A DNA stretch of 64,000 bases, from assembly GCF_009834535.1 (NCBI RefSeq), contig NC_045696.1:76200001-76264000 (forward strand), read 5' to 3'. The notes under the pieces were generated by a model. That model saw nothing but the letters and a program-made list of their open reading frames with translations, did not search any database and was not told the DNA's origin. Positions 62,651-64,000 of the stretch are shown here, piece after piece. This DNA is from Camelus ferus. Lineage: Eukaryota. A program made the position numbers and the translations under genes. How positions within the stretch are numbered: position 1 is the stretch's first letter; the number at the start of each line of letters is the position of its first letter.

Positions 62651-63725
62651 GATAGCTGTTCTCTACCATCCCTTTCAGTTCTCTGACTCCATAATTCTTT
62701 AAAGCCCTGCTCCTGGAATGAAAAATCCAGTGCAAGAAATTCTCTTCCGGCTTTATAATTTCAATCATCCCATTAGTTGGAGAAAAGCATATAAAGACTT
62801 GCACCTAGAAACTGAAACCAGCATACTGATGATCTAAATACTCCTTAAACCTTCCACCTCTAACATGTTGTCATGGTGTTTATTTTAGCTTCCTGCTCAT
62901 CCGTTTTCCTTCCTGTCCAGCTTGAGTTCTGTTTTACAGTCACATTTACATAGACTTACCACAGTAATTAATTTCACAGCATAACATTAAACTGGTTCCT
63001 TCAAACCAAACACATCAGAAACTGAAAAATGCTTATTTAATGAGAATAGCTGGATGCCAAAGATGGAATTCTTGAAGCTTAGGCAAACCTGAAGGATTTC
63101 CTGCAAACACTAAATCTTTGTCTTTTAGCCCACTTTTAAACTACTTCCATAAAAGAAAATCTATTCTATTTTGACCAGACCGCACACAAACATGAGGTTA
63201 AAAATGTTTGCTTGACACTTTTCAATACCCCTGCTTTTAATGCAGCAGTTTGTTTTGCTCCCATATTTCTTTCAAACGATGTGCTTTGTGAGAATTTTAG
63301 ATTCATCAAAATACCTATGAGCAAATTTTTTTAGTAGAAAGTGTTAGCTAGCTGCTTGCATGCTTTTCAATGTGAGAGATTTTACCATATGTTGCCGTAT
63401 CATTTAGATTATGTCTAAGTGATGCCAAAAATCTGGAGGGAAAAAAGGGAGATTCTATTATCTACATCCTTTACTTGCAACTCACCAAACAGCTAGCGGT
63501 TTCAGGTCACCCAGCTGTGTGGCACCATACAGCTGACACATCTGAGTGATTAGCTAAATTATTCAGTTTCATCAAGATATTCTGTTCTCCTATAGACAAT
63601 ATCTGAGCTTTACACATGGATGTGCATAGAATGTGCATGTGTTTACATACCACATATGTTTCTAAAAAGACAGATTTAAGCAACTGTTGCAAATACAAAA
63701 ATGCAGGATCGGACTCTTCTCTCAC

Positions 63726-63784
63726 CTCCTGCTGGACATTCCTAACAGTCAATGGCTCTTTTCCACCTGGGCCCATGCAACCCT
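63726..63784 (-). other. Candidate 59-nt internal exon
   Basis: Minus strand: branch-like CTGAC, pyrimidine tract CTCTGTTTTGCTCCCTCACCTGACAG|, donor GAG|GTGAGA; one open frame (x)GCMGPGGKEPLTVRNVQQE. Confidence 0.4.
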
Positions 63785-64000
63785 CTGTCAGGTGAGGGAG
63801 CAAAACAGAGGTCAGCCCGGTAAAGCCAAGGAAATGAGTGGGTAGTCCCATTCCGTGCAACCCACAGCCAGATGTTCTGACCTTGAGCACATGCACAGAA
63901 GCTGGCTGATGGGCACACCTACAGGAATGCAGCTCAGGCTGGAAGAAGCATGAAATGCAACTTTTCTGTCTACAGAGCCAGTATTATGCACCAGGCTTGG

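Noticed and set aside
1..64000. The many 60-160 aa ORFs in the six-frame track as genes
   Set aside because: No recognisable domains apart from L1 ORF2 fragments; many use non-ATG starts, overlap on both strands or lie in repeats, as expected by chance in mammalian non-coding DNA.
1..64000. CRISPR array, operon or prokaryotic defence system
   Set aside because: The sequence is clearly mammalian, with no regularly spaced repeat-spacer array and no gene-dense region.

Overview
Mammalian genomic DNA: AT-rich, CpG-depleted and dense in interspersed repeats. It is probably from a camelid, because four tRNA-Ala(AGC)-derived SINEs resemble the camelid vic-1 family (recognised from memory, not searched). 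I found no complete or identifiable protein-coding gene, and the listed ORFs are chance or transposon-derived. The window looks like part of a very large intron, probably of a minus-strand gene: most LTR and L1 copies lie on the + strand, and two minus-strand exon candidates occur at 49772-49820 and 63726-63784. Repeats include LINE-1 copies (one ~4.9 kb copy with both ends and a TSD but no ORF1), L2, MIR, MaLR/ERV solo LTRs, Tigger and hAT DNA transposons, several nested insertions and microsatellites. The most unusual structure is at 54001-54528. There, a SINE is followed by ~305 bp of unique sequence, an AATAAA, a pure A21 tail and a TSD enclosing the whole unit, which suggests a SINE 3' transduction or a chimeric retrocopy. 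Repeat family names are recalled from consensus sequences and need RepeatMasker/Dfam confirmation; boundaries of old elements are approximate.
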